NCBI GenBank assembly: GCA_019057385.1
Contig: JAHQJS010000004.1
Location: 1-64,000 of the forward strand
Direction: 5' to 3'
DNA length: 64,000 bases
Origin: Candidatus Borrarchaeum weybense
Lineage (GTDB): Archaea > Asgardarchaeota > Sifarchaeia > Borrarchaeales > Borrarchaeaceae
The notes under the pieces: model-generated
The model's input: only the letters and a program-made list of their open reading frames with translations
What the model was told of the DNA's origin: nothing
Database searches by the model: none
Shown: positions 48,808 to 59,731 of the stretch, piece after piece
Layout: each line of letters opens with the position of its first letter
How positions within the stretch are numbered: the stretch's first letter is position 1
Program-made: the position numbers and the translations under genes

Positions 48808-50064
48808 TTGGATTGTCCTAAATATCCACTAGAAAGAAACGATATCATATGTTCGCAACACAATAAGGTAAAGACGACTCATGTGAATGATCTATGGAGT
48901 GTTCGTAATTTGTGTGCAAAATATTCAAAAATCCTGGTCACAGGTGGTGCTGGCTTCATTGGAAGTCATATTGTAGAGGCATTGGCAGATAAAGGTCATA
49001 TGGTTTTTGTTTTAGATAATTTAGAGTCTACGACACATGGAAATAATGCTACTCGTCCTAAAAACATAGAAAGCTTACAAGGAGATATAGAATTCGTGCA
49101 TAACGATGTTAGAAACGAAAAGGTGCTCTTTGAATGTATTCAGGAAGTTGACGCCATATTCCATGAGGCGGCAGTTGGCGGATTAGGTTTAAGTATGTAT
49201 CAAATACATTCTTGCATTGATCCAAATTGCGGTGGAACTGCAAAATTACTGGATATCCTCGTAAATAAGGAGCATAATGTAAAAAAAGTAGTTCTAGCAT
49301 CATCGATGGCTGTTTATGGTGAAGGGACATATGACTGTGAAGAGTGCGGTGTGATTTACCCCAATATAAGAGCGGAACAACAATTAACACAGAAAATCTG
49401 GGAAATTCAATGTCCAAATTGTGGAAAAACAGCCCTACCATTGCCTACTAATGAAAGCAAACCACTTAAACCGGCAAGTGTTTATTCAATTTCTAAGAGG
49501 ACACAAGAAGAGACGTGCCTCCTGATAGGCAAATTATATGGAATTCCAACAATAGCATTACGCTACTTCGTGACCTATGGACCACGTCAATCTATGCGAA
49601 ACCCTTATTCTGGAGTATGTTCCATATGGAGTACGCGATTGTTAAGCAATAAACTTCCTATTATTTACGAAGATGGATTACAATCAAGGGATTTCATTTA
49701 TGTAAAAGACATTGTCCAAGCAAACCTTTTAGCACTAGAGAAAAACAATGGAAATTATCTTGCAATGAATGTGGGTACTGGAAGGCAAATTAAAATAACT
49801 GAACTGGCAAGTGAATTAATTCAGGCGTATGATGTAAATATTTCTCCAGAGATTAACTATCTCTATAGAAAAGGTGATGTTCGTCACTTATTTGCAGATA
49901 TTTCATTAATTAAAAGGAAGTTAGGGTTTACGCCGAAATATACCCTTCAAGAGGGTTTACAACAGTTTGAAGCGTGGTCAAGAGAGATGTTCAAGGCTGG
50001 AGAATTTACAGATAAATTTGAAGAGGCGCACAAAGAGTTGGAAAATAAAAAACTCTTGTCTTAG
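48808..50064 (+). CDS. NAD-dependent epimerase/dehydratase with CxxC...CxxC insertion (start probably near 48910)
   Basis: TGGAGFIG, SSMAVYG, CEEC/CPNC, YSISK, YGPRQ. Confidence 0.88.
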   Translation: MDCPKYPLERNDIICSQHNKVKTTHVNDLWSVRNLCAKYSKILVTGGAGFIGSHIVEALADKGHMVFVLDNLESTTHGNNATRPKNIESLQGDIEFVHNDVRNEKVLFECIQEVDAIFHEAAVGGLGLSMYQIHSCIDPNCGGTAKLLDILVNKEHNVKKVVLASSMAVYGEGTYDCEECGVIYPNIRAEQQLTQKIWEIQCPNCGKTALPLPTNESKPLKPASVYSISKRTQEETCLLIGKLYGIPTIALRYFVTYGPRQSMRNPYSGVCSIWSTRLLSNKLPIIYEDGLQSRDFIYVKDIVQANLLALEKNNGNYLAMNVGTGRQIKITELASELIQAYDVNISPEINYLYRKGDVRHLFADISLIKRKLGFTPKYTLQEGLQQFEAWSREMFKAGEFTDKFEEAHKELENKKLLS

Positions 50065-50201
50065 GGCTACTTATAAGAAAATCACAGCTATAGTCTCAGA
50101 TGCATGTTCTTCTAATACTAATCTGACCTGATAGGTCAGCACATATAAGTTGAAACTGCAAATTTTGTCTTTGAGAATCATTGGGCCTCTCATAAAAGAA
50201 T

Positions 50202-51686
50202 TTGAGGAATTATATGAAACGGTTTAGACGCTATTTGCTCAGAAAAATACTGAGAAATAAACGAGTGTATGAATTTTATTTGTTTGCCATTATAAAAGCG
50301 CGGTCAATAAAGCATAAAATAGAGAGAATAAAGGCGAAAATATTCCCTCCTAAATATCTCTCAATTCATCCAAATATACTCTTACTCTCAATAGACTCTT
50401 TGAGACCTGATCATTTAGGTTGCTATGGATATCATAGAAATACTTCACCAAACATCGATAAATTGGCTAAAAACTCAGCAATCTTTACTAATGCCATTTG
50501 CCAAGCCCCATGGACTAAACCATCTATTGGGAGTCTGTTTACTGCTGTAAATCCAGGTGTCCACGGCGCAGATAAAGGAGGAAAATTTGGCCAAGATATC
50601 GCTAGAATTTCAAGCAGAACTGATGCAATAGGCTTAAGGGACATGATACCTACGCTGACAGAAAAATTGAAAGAGGGAGATTATATAACAGCTGGATTCA
50701 CGGGAGGTGGATACACACATTCTATTTTTGGACTTGACAGGGGCTTTGATATCTATAAAGCTAATCTCAGTCTAATGGATTTAATTAATTTTGAAGTATT
50801 TTCGTTCCTCAATAGAGATTTTAAAAAACCAATATTCTTGTTTATCCATACGTTCGATGTGCATTTTCCCTATCATAACAAGAAACCCTATAATCGATTA
50901 TTTGGAAAGTTTGATTCTCGAATAAATATGAGCAAACAACTTTCATTGGATATAAATTATGGCAGATTTACTCCCTCAGACGAAGATATTCAACATATGA
51001 TCACACTATATGATGGAAGCATTTTTTATATTGACCAACGAATTGGCTTCTTGCTTGAGATGCTGCAAACATTAGGATTTATGCAAAATGTGATGATAAT
51101 TCTCACCGCAGATCATGGGGAAGGGTTTATGGAACATGATTTAGTAGGACATAGTGAAATCATCTACAATGAAGTTTTACGAATACCTTTAATCATTTAT
51201 CACAGCAATATGACCTCAAAAAGAGTCGTATCAAATCTAGTTAGATCGATTGATCTGATGCCAACACTCTTAGAATTTGCAAATATTCCTTGTGATAACT
51301 TTATTCAGGGTAAAGGTTTACTACCTTTGTTAGAAAAAGAAGCGTCATACGACGAAGCGGCCTTTAGTGAGACTGAAAGGCTCGGTGGTATACAGGCAAT
51401 TCAGACACAGGAAGGCTATAAATTCGTTTATTGGAAGAAAACAGAGAAAAAAGAACTTTATGACCTGAACAACGATCCCTTAGAAAGAAAAAATATAATA
51501 CAACTAATGCCTGAAAAGGCAGAAGAATTGGAACATAAGTTATTTGAAATAATAAGAGAGTCAGAAGATCTCAGTAAACGAATAGAAGCGATGAAAAAAG
51601 ATAAAACAAGCGAGAGAAAAGAAATTTCTGAGGAAGATATTGAAGCAGTCACGGCAAGGTTGCGAGCATTGGGCTACATAGACTAG
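50202..51686 (+). CDS. Sulfatase-like hydrolase/transferase
   Basis: PNILLLSIDSLRPD, WTKPS, HFPY, TADHGE, ELYDL..DP.E, RLRALGYI. Confidence 0.88.
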   Translation: MRNYMKRFRRYLLRKILRNKRVYEFYLFAIIKARSIKHKIERIKAKIFPPKYLSIHPNILLLSIDSLRPDHLGCYGYHRNTSPNIDKLAKNSAIFTNAICQAPWTKPSIGSLFTAVNPGVHGADKGGKFGQDIARISSRTDAIGLRDMIPTLTEKLKEGDYITAGFTGGGYTHSIFGLDRGFDIYKANLSLMDLINFEVFSFLNRDFKKPIFLFIHTFDVHFPYHNKKPYNRLFGKFDSRINMSKQLSLDINYGRFTPSDEDIQHMITLYDGSIFYIDQRIGFLLEMLQTLGFMQNVMIILTADHGEGFMEHDLVGHSEIIYNEVLRIPLIIYHSNMTSKRVVSNLVRSIDLMPTLLEFANIPCDNFIQGKGLLPLLEKEASYDEAAFSETERLGGIQAIQTQEGYKFVYWKKTEKKELYDLNNDPLERKNIIQLMPEKAEELEHKLFEIIRESEDLSKRIEAMKKDKTSERKEISEEDIEAVTARLRALGYID

Positions 51687-51840
51687 CATACCATTGTGAA
51701 TTAATTGACAATAATACTAAAGAAGGATCAAACTACAAAAAAAAATTAGGTGTGAAAGTCATTGAGCGACGATCAATACTACTAAAAAACAGAATTCTCT
51801 TTTTATAGAAAAATGAGATCTCGATCTATACTATAAAACT

Positions 51841-53433
51841 TTGAAAATATCTTTTCGAAGAGGAAACCCTATGACAACTTCGAGAAAATCAAAAGTGGCA
51901 CGGGATATTGCACGAGGATCCTCAGCATTAATGATTCAGAAAATATCACTCACAATTATGGGTGTAGTATATGGAGCAGTTCTTGCACGTCTATTAGGGC
52001 CATTAAACATTGGATTAATTGCGTTAGCAAATTCTATTGCCTTTTTAATAGGCATTATGTCAGGAGTTGTCCTTTCAGGCCTAAAACCAGCAATGATTCG
52101 CCACCTTGCATATTATATTGCTAGCAAAGAATACGGAATTGCAAAAGACATCTATAAAAAAGGTCTAATAATGCATTTAATAGTCGGCAGTATTTCAACA
52201 GTTCTTATTATCATTACAGCCGATATGATCGCAAATCTTGTATTTAATAGTCCTGAGCTAACGTTATTGATCACACTTACAGCCTTTTCGATTTCTGTGG
52301 AAGTAGCAAATCGATTTGTAGGTTCACTCTTTGAGAGTTTGAAGTTTTTTGGGAGTTATTCAACTTTGATCATAATTAACACTGGGGGTAGGATGGCACT
52401 TAGTTTATTATTGTTTTTTATTGGTTATGGAGTCCCAGGAGTAATTGCAGGAGGAATCATCGCAGGTGGATTCACAAGCATAATTGGCTATTTATTCATT
52501 CGCAAAAAACTTCCTTTTATTCATGCAAAACCAGAAAGTAATGATGATAATGGACTTAAAAAACTTTTCTCATTCAGTATAATTTATAGTATTAGCTACG
52601 TCTTTTATACAATATATCAACAGGCACCCTATCTTATTTTAGGCTACTATCTCACGCCAGATGTTGTTGGATATTATTCATATGCATATAACATTGCAAA
52701 TCGCCCCTCAATGCTGGGCTATACTTTTTATACAACATTGCTCCCGTCGATGTCAGAAATATACGCGGAAGACGATATCGCTTTGATGAGGAAAACATAT
52801 AGTTCTATGATAAAGTATCTAATGGTATTTTCTACGTTTTTCTCAATGCTCATAATCGTTTTTGCAAGAGAACTTATTATCATCCTTGCTGGACCAGAAT
52901 TTTTACCTGCAGTTCCACTCCTCCAAATATTATCGCTAGTGAGTATACTTAGGATCATAGGCGCACCAATGCAAGCAGTTTTGTTAACCTTCGAAAGACT
53001 TGACTTTGTATTATATCCAACAGCACTAAGATCTGTCATGATTGTTGTATTGCTTTTTCTATTGGTTCCTCCTTATGGTTACATAATAGTCCCCATCGTT
53101 GTCGTTATAAGCTGGTTTGTGTCAATTGTAATGGCTATATCTCTTACCAATCGGGAAATTTCTGTTCATATTCCAATCTCTAATTTCATTAAACCTGTAA
53201 TGTGCCTGCTTATTTCGTCAAGCGTTCTGCTGTTACCTCTACTTTCAAACTATATCTTATATACTATAATAAAGTTGTTTGGCGCACTTACATTGTTTTT
53301 AATAAGTGTAGTGCTGACGTCAACACTTATAAAAGAAGATATAAAGACAATTGAATTAGTTAAAATAAGACATGAATTAATTGCGCACATACTTCGAAAG
53401 GGCATAAAAGTCTTAAGAAAAATATTGCGCTGA
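51841..53433 (+). CDS. Wzx/MATE-type oligosaccharide flippase
   Basis: LARLLGP..IG, VGYYSYA, LLPSMSE; many TM helices. Confidence 0.88.
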   Translation: MKISFRRGNPMTTSRKSKVARDIARGSSALMIQKISLTIMGVVYGAVLARLLGPLNIGLIALANSIAFLIGIMSGVVLSGLKPAMIRHLAYYIASKEYGIAKDIYKKGLIMHLIVGSISTVLIIITADMIANLVFNSPELTLLITLTAFSISVEVANRFVGSLFESLKFFGSYSTLIIINTGGRMALSLLLFFIGYGVPGVIAGGIIAGGFTSIIGYLFIRKKLPFIHAKPESNDDNGLKKLFSFSIIYSISYVFYTIYQQAPYLILGYYLTPDVVGYYSYAYNIANRPSMLGYTFYTTLLPSMSEIYAEDDIALMRKTYSSMIKYLMVFSTFFSMLIIVFARELIIILAGPEFLPAVPLLQILSLVSILRIIGAPMQAVLLTFERLDFVLYPTALRSVMIVVLLFLLVPPYGYIIVPIVVVISWFVSIVMAISLTNREISVHIPISNFIKPVMCLLISSSVLLLPLLSNYILYTIIKLFGALTLFLISVVLTSTLIKEDIKTIELVKIRHELIAHILRKGIKVLRKILR

Positions 53434-53462
53434 AGTTAATTATTACCAGAAGGTGCTGTTCT

Positions 53463-54698
53463 TTGTTCAAGAGTACTTTAGTAATAATGATAGATAGTTT
53501 TCGTTATGACTACCTCTCTGAAGAAGAAACCCCATTTCTCTTAAACTTCAGTAAGGCATTAAGAATGAAACCTACATTAGGATATAGTAGCGGATTACAT
53601 CCAATTATAGTTTCGGGTACCTATCCAAGAACGAATGGTGTGTGGGCATCGTACTATTTTACAACAAACTCACCTTATAAGTGGACGAAAGCAGTAGCAC
53701 CGTTTACATATATCTCATATAGGCTCAACAGGAAATTATATGATAAAGTAAGGGTTGCTATAAAACGACTGACGAAGCGAATTAGTGGATCAACACATAT
53801 GCGCCCCAGAAATATTCCGCTATGGCTTTTAGGTTTTTTTAATCATCTAAAAAGAAATGCTTTTGAAGCAAATGCATTAGGAAACATCCCTACGCTTTTT
53901 GATATTTTAAGAGAATATAACATACAATTTCGTTATATTGGATATCCAAAAGAGAAAACAGACCTTGACGTCTTTAAAAAGTCGATAGCCTCATTAAAGA
54001 AGGAGTTTCTTTTTGTATATTTTTTTCAACTTGACTCAATAACACATAAATATGGTGTAAGTTCTCCACAAAGAAAAAATCATACAAAATGGCTCAATAA
54101 TGCAGTAGAAAAACTAGTAAAACGATTCATTGAAACGCATGACGAGTGGAATATCTTTATTTTATCAGACCATGGTATGTGTGACATTACGGGCGTCCTT
54201 AGTATCAAGAAAGTGTTCTGTTCAATTGATGTAAGAGAGTTTTTTGATTATATCCCATTTTATGATTCCACTATAGCACGATTTTGGTTTTTAAATAAAA
54301 GGGCTAGGCTAAAAATTGAATCGAGATTAAATCGACTTCAAAAAGGACGTGTATTATACCAAGAAGAATTAGTTAAATACGGACTTAACTTCATAAAGAA
54401 AGACTATGGTGAATTGATTTTTATTACAAATCCAGGAATCTTACTTATTCCAAATTATTACACTGGATTTCATGTAGATAAAGCAATGCATGGATATATT
54501 CCAGAGGATCAAACGCAGCATGGATTTTTTCTCTTCAAAAATTCAGATTCAGGAATAGAGATTTTAAAAGACGAAATTAAAATAATAGATATATTTCCAA
54601 CAATCATTGATTGCTTCAATGTAGATACTATCAAAGAGAAGGTAGCACAATTTATAGAGGGAAAATCGATCCTCTCTCTTAATGAAACAGATTTTTGA
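53463..54698 (+). CDS. Alkaline phosphatase superfamily protein (NPP/phosphodiesterase-like)
   Basis: IDSFRYD, LDSITHKYG, SDHGM, MHGY.P, DIFPTI. Confidence 0.85.
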   Translation: MFKSTLVIMIDSFRYDYLSEEETPFLLNFSKALRMKPTLGYSSGLHPIIVSGTYPRTNGVWASYYFTTNSPYKWTKAVAPFTYISYRLNRKLYDKVRVAIKRLTKRISGSTHMRPRNIPLWLLGFFNHLKRNAFEANALGNIPTLFDILREYNIQFRYIGYPKEKTDLDVFKKSIASLKKEFLFVYFFQLDSITHKYGVSSPQRKNHTKWLNNAVEKLVKRFIETHDEWNIFILSDHGMCDITGVLSIKKVFCSIDVREFFDYIPFYDSTIARFWFLNKRARLKIESRLNRLQKGRVLYQEELVKYGLNFIKKDYGELIFITNPGILLIPNYYTGFHVDKAMHGYIPEDQTQHGFFLFKNSDSGIEILKDEIKIIDIFPTIIDCFNVDTIKEKVAQFIEGKSILSLNETDF

Positions 54699-54812
54699 CG
54701 ATGCTTTTTGAATTTTTTATAGTGGCTTTAAATAGTTTATAAACAATTAGATAATATACTCAGAAACTGTGCAGTGTATAAGTTTCGCAGAGAAATGAAG
54801 CGCTGTTTATAT

Positions 54813-56156
54813 TTAAGAGGGCCTAAGAAAATTAGAACAATTCTCACTATTCTCGAAGAATGATTCATCAAAGAGTTCAGACCGAAGTTTTAGTCCTTCA
54901 ATCCTTAACGTGTTCCAAGAACTTAGAGCATTCTCGAAGAAAGGAAATTTCATATGAGGCAATAAGAGTAAATATTTCCTTGAATAGTCTAACAAATATT
55001 TTCCGCGTATATCACCACGAACTATGAATTTTGTAGAAAAGTAGACCAATAAAAGAGCCAAATACATAAGAGATCTCGGAAAAATCTGTGAAATAAGCAT
55101 GTTTACAGTTTTTATAGGATGCTTAAGACAAAAACTCTTATGTGTATTAATATAACTTAGAAGCTCGCGTTTATACGAATGAAAAACCAGTTTTTCATTT
55201 TGAAATATGGTATTCGTCAATCTTATAATATTATTAATCTCAAAAGATAGACCAGTTATTTTTCTTCTAAGAAGCGAAGAAATTTCATAGGATAATACGG
55301 AGAAAATTAGTTCGGTGGCATCTAGCCAAGCCTTCAAACATTGTTCTCTTGGAGTTTTACCTGAATCTGTAGAGATACGTGAAAGAGTATTTAAACACGG
55401 ATATTTTTTGAACTCTAACCATTTTTGAAATAAAGTAGATGAAGGGATTATCTCCTTAAGAGAAGGTGAAATATCAAGTAATCTTTCTAATTCGTTAACA
55501 CGTCCTACATAACTCGGTATAAATCTCCCATGAAAGGCAAGGAGAGATGTACAAACATCTAAAAACATTTTTGTAGTCTGATATGCATTCATTTCGAGTA
55601 TATTGTCTGGAATCTTATCATTGTAGAAAATATCTGGGGGAGTAGACAATAATTGTCCGCAAATACGGTTAAAAAGAATTTTTAATGCATCCCATTTCGG
55701 TATTTCCTTCGGACTAAAATTAGGAATTAAATTTAATACATCTTCTCCATACAGTATCATTCCACTACTTTTTAGATCAAAATTTCCAATTGTTGGAATA
55801 AGTGACTTCAAATATGCTTTTGTGATAGGATGTACTTCTACAGAACTCAAGAAACCGAGTTTCAATTCTTTTGTTAAATCGATTGAAAGTTGTCTTAATT
55901 TTTCTTGGAGGGCCGTAAGATCGCCGTTTTTTACAACTACTAGAAAATCGTAATCACTTATGATCTTTACTCTGTTTTCGGATATTATTGCACTCCCCTC
56001 ACCCCGCGACATTGCGCCACATAATATTAAAGAACAGATATCTTTAGGTATATTCTCTAAAACACGTGTGCAAATTATTTGAAGTTGATTTTTAACTAAT
56101 TCATTGATTCTGGCATTTTCGAAGAAAATTATGTCTAGATTTATTCGTGCAGACAA
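54813..56156 (-). CDS. Pol-beta-type nucleotidyltransferase domain protein
   Basis: LILCGAMSRGEG...SDYDFLVV; TTG start after SD GAGGG. Confidence 0.7.
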   Translation of the reverse strand: MSARINLDIIFFENARINELVKNQLQIICTRVLENIPKDICSLILCGAMSRGEGSAIISENRVKIISDYDFLVVVKNGDLTALQEKLRQLSIDLTKELKLGFLSSVEVHPITKAYLKSLIPTIGNFDLKSSGMILYGEDVLNLIPNFSPKEIPKWDALKILFNRICGQLLSTPPDIFYNDKIPDNILEMNAYQTTKMFLDVCTSLLAFHGRFIPSYVGRVNELERLLDISPSLKEIIPSSTLFQKWLEFKKYPCLNTLSRISTDSGKTPREQCLKAWLDATELIFSVLSYEISSLLRRKITGLSFEINNIIRLTNTIFQNEKLVFHSYKRELLSYINTHKSFCLKHPIKTVNMLISQIFPRSLMYLALLLVYFSTKFIVRGDIRGKYLLDYSRKYLLLLPHMKFPFFENALSSWNTLRIEGLKLRSELFDESFFENSENCSNFLRPS

Positions 56157-56227
56157 TGTGTACCCTCGCAAAAAATATACTTTTTCGATAGTGTGCATAA
56201 AATAAGAACGATTAGTAACCTCTACAT

Positions 56228-57082
56228 CTAATAGATTTGTCCTTTTTCTTTTAGGTATTTTTTTAGAGCTTCTTTCCAAGTGTCCATTTCGAGGGCATGT
56301 TTTCTAAGTTTGACAGTTTCTAAGGCTGAAAATGCGGGCCTTTTCGCTTTTAAGTTTAGGCTGCGAGCTTTTATAGGTTGTAGAACTACGTCCGTCCCTA
56401 AGAGTTCAAATATTGTTTTAGCAAACTCATACCACGAACAGTACCCATCATTCGTTACATGATATTCCCCAAAAGGAAGCGCGTTTTTCACAATATTCTT
56501 CACCATAATAGCAGCCTCTTTCGTATAGGTAGGACTCATTACTATGTCATCCACAACCTTAATTTCCTGACCGCTTCTAGCCTTGCTTATCATTGTTTCA
56601 ACAAAGTTGCCGCCTTTACCACTTGCACCAGCTACACCAAACAGGCTTGCTACTCTAACCACATAGTATTTTTCAGCAAGTTTCGTGTAAAACTCCCCGG
56701 CAAGCTTAGATATCCCGTAAGTGTTGATCGGGTTTGGTGTGTCATATTCGTTGTAGGGAACGCCTTTATTTCCATCAAAAACGTAGTCTGTGCTTATATA
56801 AATCAAGATGGCATCGAGTTCAGAGCAGGTCTCAGCAACATTTTTTGCTCCTATAGTGTTCACCAAAAAGGTTTTTTCGGGATTATCCTCACACGCATCC
56901 GTTTTATGAAAAGCTGCAGTGTTAACAATTACATCAGGGGTGCTTTTTTTGAAAATTTTACAACTATCTAAATGTTCAACCTCTATTTCTTCATGTGTCA
57001 AACTTATAACTTCATCTGCATCAAAAACTTTAACGAGATCGGAGCCCAGTTGCCCTTTCGCTCCTATTACTGCCACTTTCAT
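56228..57082 (-). CDS. rmlD: dTDP-4-dehydrorhamnose reductase
   Basis: GAKGQLG, ISTDYVFDG, YGISK, KRP. Confidence 0.95.
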   Translation of the reverse strand: MKVAVIGAKGQLGSDLVKVFDADEVISLTHEEIEVEHLDSCKIFKKSTPDVIVNTAAFHKTDACEDNPEKTFLVNTIGAKNVAETCSELDAILIYISTDYVFDGNKGVPYNEYDTPNPINTYGISKLAGEFYTKLAEKYYVVRVASLFGVAGASGKGGNFVETMISKARSGQEIKVVDDIVMSPTYTKEAAIMVKNIVKNALPFGEYHVTNDGYCSWYEFAKTIFELLGTDVVLQPIKARSLNLKAKRPAFSALETVKLRKHALEMDTWKEALKKYLKEKGQIY

Positions 57083-58098
57083 AGAATCATCCCGTTCATT
57101 TCAACTTCTTTAATATACGTGTGCATTTCAAGCAAATGTTTATACCATTTCACAGTAATGGTCTTTAAATCGTCCTTAACTAGGCCTTCCTTTAGTGCTT
57201 CATAAACCTCTTTTCCTCCTTCTCTTGGAGAGTAATCCGGTTTAAACTTCAATATATTAGCAATCTTATCAAAACTTACCCTATAACTTCGGTTATCAGG
57301 AAAGCCGTACCATTCATACTGAAAAGGTAACCCTACAGCGTCTGCGACAAGATTTGCAAGATTAAATATCTGATAGTTCTGCTCGTTAGAACCGACATTA
57401 AATATCTCCCCACCAACATCTTCTTTTTCCGATTCCATCGCTAGAATGAAAGCTTTGCTTGTGTCTTTAACATGGACGAAAGGTCGCCATTGGGTACCAT
57501 CTTTCAATATCGGTATTTTACCGTTTTTGAAGAACCCTAAAGTCATACCGTTTATGGCTAAGTCGAACCGCATCCTCGGAGATAGTCCATAAACTGTTGC
57601 CTGTCTTAAGACTGTCACTGTAAACTTCTCAGCCGCTAAGGGAAGGATATCCTCTTCAGCCTGTAAATTTGCTTTAGCGTAAGTTGTCAGAGGGTTTGTT
57701 GAAGAGTTTTCATTTAAAATCCCCTCATGAAACCCATAAATGCTACAAGAAGAGGCTAGAATATATCTTTCAACATTGTATTTTTTTGAAAGGGTTGCTA
57801 CTCTCACTCTTCCATTATAGTTTATCGCCATAGTTTTCTCTGGGTCTAACTCTCCTGTAGGGTCGTTGGAGAGGGCTGCTAGATCCATCACAGCGTCAAC
57901 GTCCCCTAAAATAGCGGGATCGAACCATCGAATATCATCCTTAATAAGTTTGAAGTTCTTATCATCAATCACGTCTTTTAACGTCTCTCTCCCGAAAAAA
58001 AACCTGTCCAGGCACGTTACCTTATAGCCTTTTTCGAGTAAGAGTTTTACCAAAACTGACCCAATGTATCCTGCACCACCCGTTACAAGTACACTCAT
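57079..58098 (-). CDS. NAD-dependent epimerase/dehydratase (extended SDR; not canonical RmlB)
   Basis: TGGAGYIG, LAALSND, SSCSIYG, YAKAN, SPRMRFDL. Confidence 0.85.
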   Translation of the reverse strand: MSVLVTGGAGYIGSVLVKLLLEKGYKVTCLDRFFFGRETLKDVIDDKNFKLIKDDIRWFDPAILGDVDAVMDLAALSNDPTGELDPEKTMAINYNGRVRVATLSKKYNVERYILASSCSIYGFHEGILNENSSTNPLTTYAKANLQAEEDILPLAAEKFTVTVLRQATVYGLSPRMRFDLAINGMTLGFFKNGKIPILKDGTQWRPFVHVKDTSKAFILAMESEKEDVGGEIFNVGSNEQNYQIFNLANLVADAVGLPFQYEWYGFPDNRSYRVSFDKIANILKFKPDYSPREGGKEVYEALKEGLVKDDLKTITVKWYKHLLEMHTYIKEVEMNGMIL

Positions 58099-58107
58099 CT
58101 TTACACC

Positions 58108-58620
58108 TCACTTATGAGGAGGTTTATTCCAGTCATAGGATTCATTAGTTCTAGGATCTATTATGGTGTGATCGTTCCACGGTCGCCTTTCCTCATCAGG
58201 ATCTTTATAGTCGTAAAGTCTGGTCGCAAAATAAACAGTTAAGGACGGTTCACTGCTCACTGTTTTGGTTCCATGCCAATAATGACCTGGTATCCTAACT
58301 ATTTGCGGCTTTTTTTCGCTTGCTATCACTTCAATCAGTTTCCCTTTAGTAGGGGAATCTGCTCTATCATCATAAGCGCATATCTTCATGGCACCCTTTA
58401 AAACTAAAAAATAGTCCACTTGCCCACGGTGATGCCTGTGCCATGCTCTAATTACTCTAGAGTAACTGTAAGACACGTTTGCTTGAACTATCCATTTCTC
58501 CCCTAATAACTTTTCCCAATCTTTTCTGAGGGCTTCTGAAAAAAAACCTCGCTCATCTGGAATAATCCTCAAGTCATACGTTCTTACGCCTGGCAACTCA
58601 CACTCTTTCACTTCAACCAT
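58108..58620 (-). CDS. rmlC: dTDP-4-dehydrorhamnose 3,5-epimerase
   Basis: DERGFF, SYS..VIRAWH, DSPT, WHG. Confidence 0.92.
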   Translation of the reverse strand: MVEVKECELPGVRTYDLRIIPDERGFFSEALRKDWEKLLGEKWIVQANVSYSYSRVIRAWHRHHRGQVDYFLVLKGAMKICAYDDRADSPTKGKLIEVIASEKKPQIVRIPGHYWHGTKTVSSEPSLTVYFATRLYDYKDPDEERRPWNDHTIIDPRTNESYDWNKPPHK

Positions 58621-58666
58621 TATTAACTCCTCTCAATATAAGTCCTACATGAAATAACTTACAGGG

Positions 58667-59731
58667 TTAGATTTCTATTTCGGAGTAGTCACCTATATGA
58701 AGTTTGAGAGTTTTATGTTTTTGGTTTTTAAAAACTTTCGCGTTTCTTCCGATTAGGCTTTCTTCCAATCTATCTATGCTGTCGACAACAGCGTTTTCTA
58801 GTATGACGCAGTATTCCACAGCGGAATTTATTATTCTTGAGTTGTTGCCTATGCTTGTATAGGGCCCTACAAAAGAGTTTTTGATGACGCAGTTTTTCCC
58901 TATTACGCAGGGACCCCGTATGGTGCTATTCGTTATTCTTGCGTCTTCTTCTAGTTTTACTCTACCGCTCACTTTGCTTTTTTGGTCTATAATCCCTTTA
59001 ACCTCGGTTTTTGAGTACTCATCTAAAATTAATGTGTTTGCTGAAAGAATATCATCTTTCTTACCCGTGTCAAGCCACCATGAACTCAGGATCTCCGCTT
59101 TTACCCTGCACCCAATGTGTATCATCTCCTGTATTGTGTCCGTAATTTCAAGTTCTCCTCTCCAAGAAGGCTCTATACGTTCCACAGCTTCATGAACTCT
59201 AGAAGAAAAGATGTAGACACCAACCAAAGCTAAGTTGCTTATGAAGGTCTTAGGTTTTTCTACGAGTTTTAAAATCTCTCCCTTCCCATTTAATAGCGCG
59301 ACCCCGAACTGTTTCGGATTCTCTACCTCTTTCAACAAGAGTAAAGCATCGAGTTCTTCTTCATTAAACTTCTTTATGAACTTCTCTAACCTTTCAGACA
59401 GCAAGTTGTCTCCAAGGTACATGACAAAATTGTCATCACCGAGAAACTCTTGAGCTGTCTTCACAGCGTGAGCTAAGCCTAGCGGTTCCTGTAATATATA
59501 AGTGATGTTAACATCCCATTTCGAGCCGTCTCCTACATAACTTCTAATATCTTCCCCTGTTTCCAGAGCTATAATTACCCCCATATCTTTTATTCCAGCC
59601 CTAGAAATATGATCTAAAACATAGCCTAATATCGGCTTATTGGCCACCGGTATCAACTGCTTAGCCGTCGTAAACGTTAAAGGCCTTAACCGCGTACCCT
59701 TACCTCCACTCAAAACAAGGCCCTTCATCAT
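58667..59731 (-). CDS. rmlA: Glucose-1-phosphate thymidylyltransferase (long form)
   Basis: LSGGKGTRLRPLT..AKQL, YLGDN, SWRGELEITD, WLDTG. Confidence 0.95.
   Translation of the reverse strand: MMKGLVLSGGKGTRLRPLTFTTAKQLIPVANKPILGYVLDHISRAGIKDMGVIIALETGEDIRSYVGDGSKWDVNITYILQEPLGLAHAVKTAQEFLGDDNFVMYLGDNLLSERLEKFIKKFNEEELDALLLLKEVENPKQFGVALLNGKGEILKLVEKPKTFISNLALVGVYIFSSRVHEAVERIEPSWRGELEITDTIQEMIHIGCRVKAEILSSWWLDTGKKDDILSANTLILDEYSKTEVKGIIDQKSKVSGRVKLEEDARITNSTIRGPCVIGKNCVIKNSFVGPYTSIGNNSRIINSAVEYCVILENAVVDSIDRLEESLIGRNAKVFKNQKHKTLKLHIGDYSEIEI

Noticed and set aside
45640-50138. Small intergenic palindromes (TGTCCAAC/GTTGGACA near 45640-45687; CTGACCT/AGGTCAG near 50122-50138)
   Set aside because: Single, non-recurring; function cannot be supported
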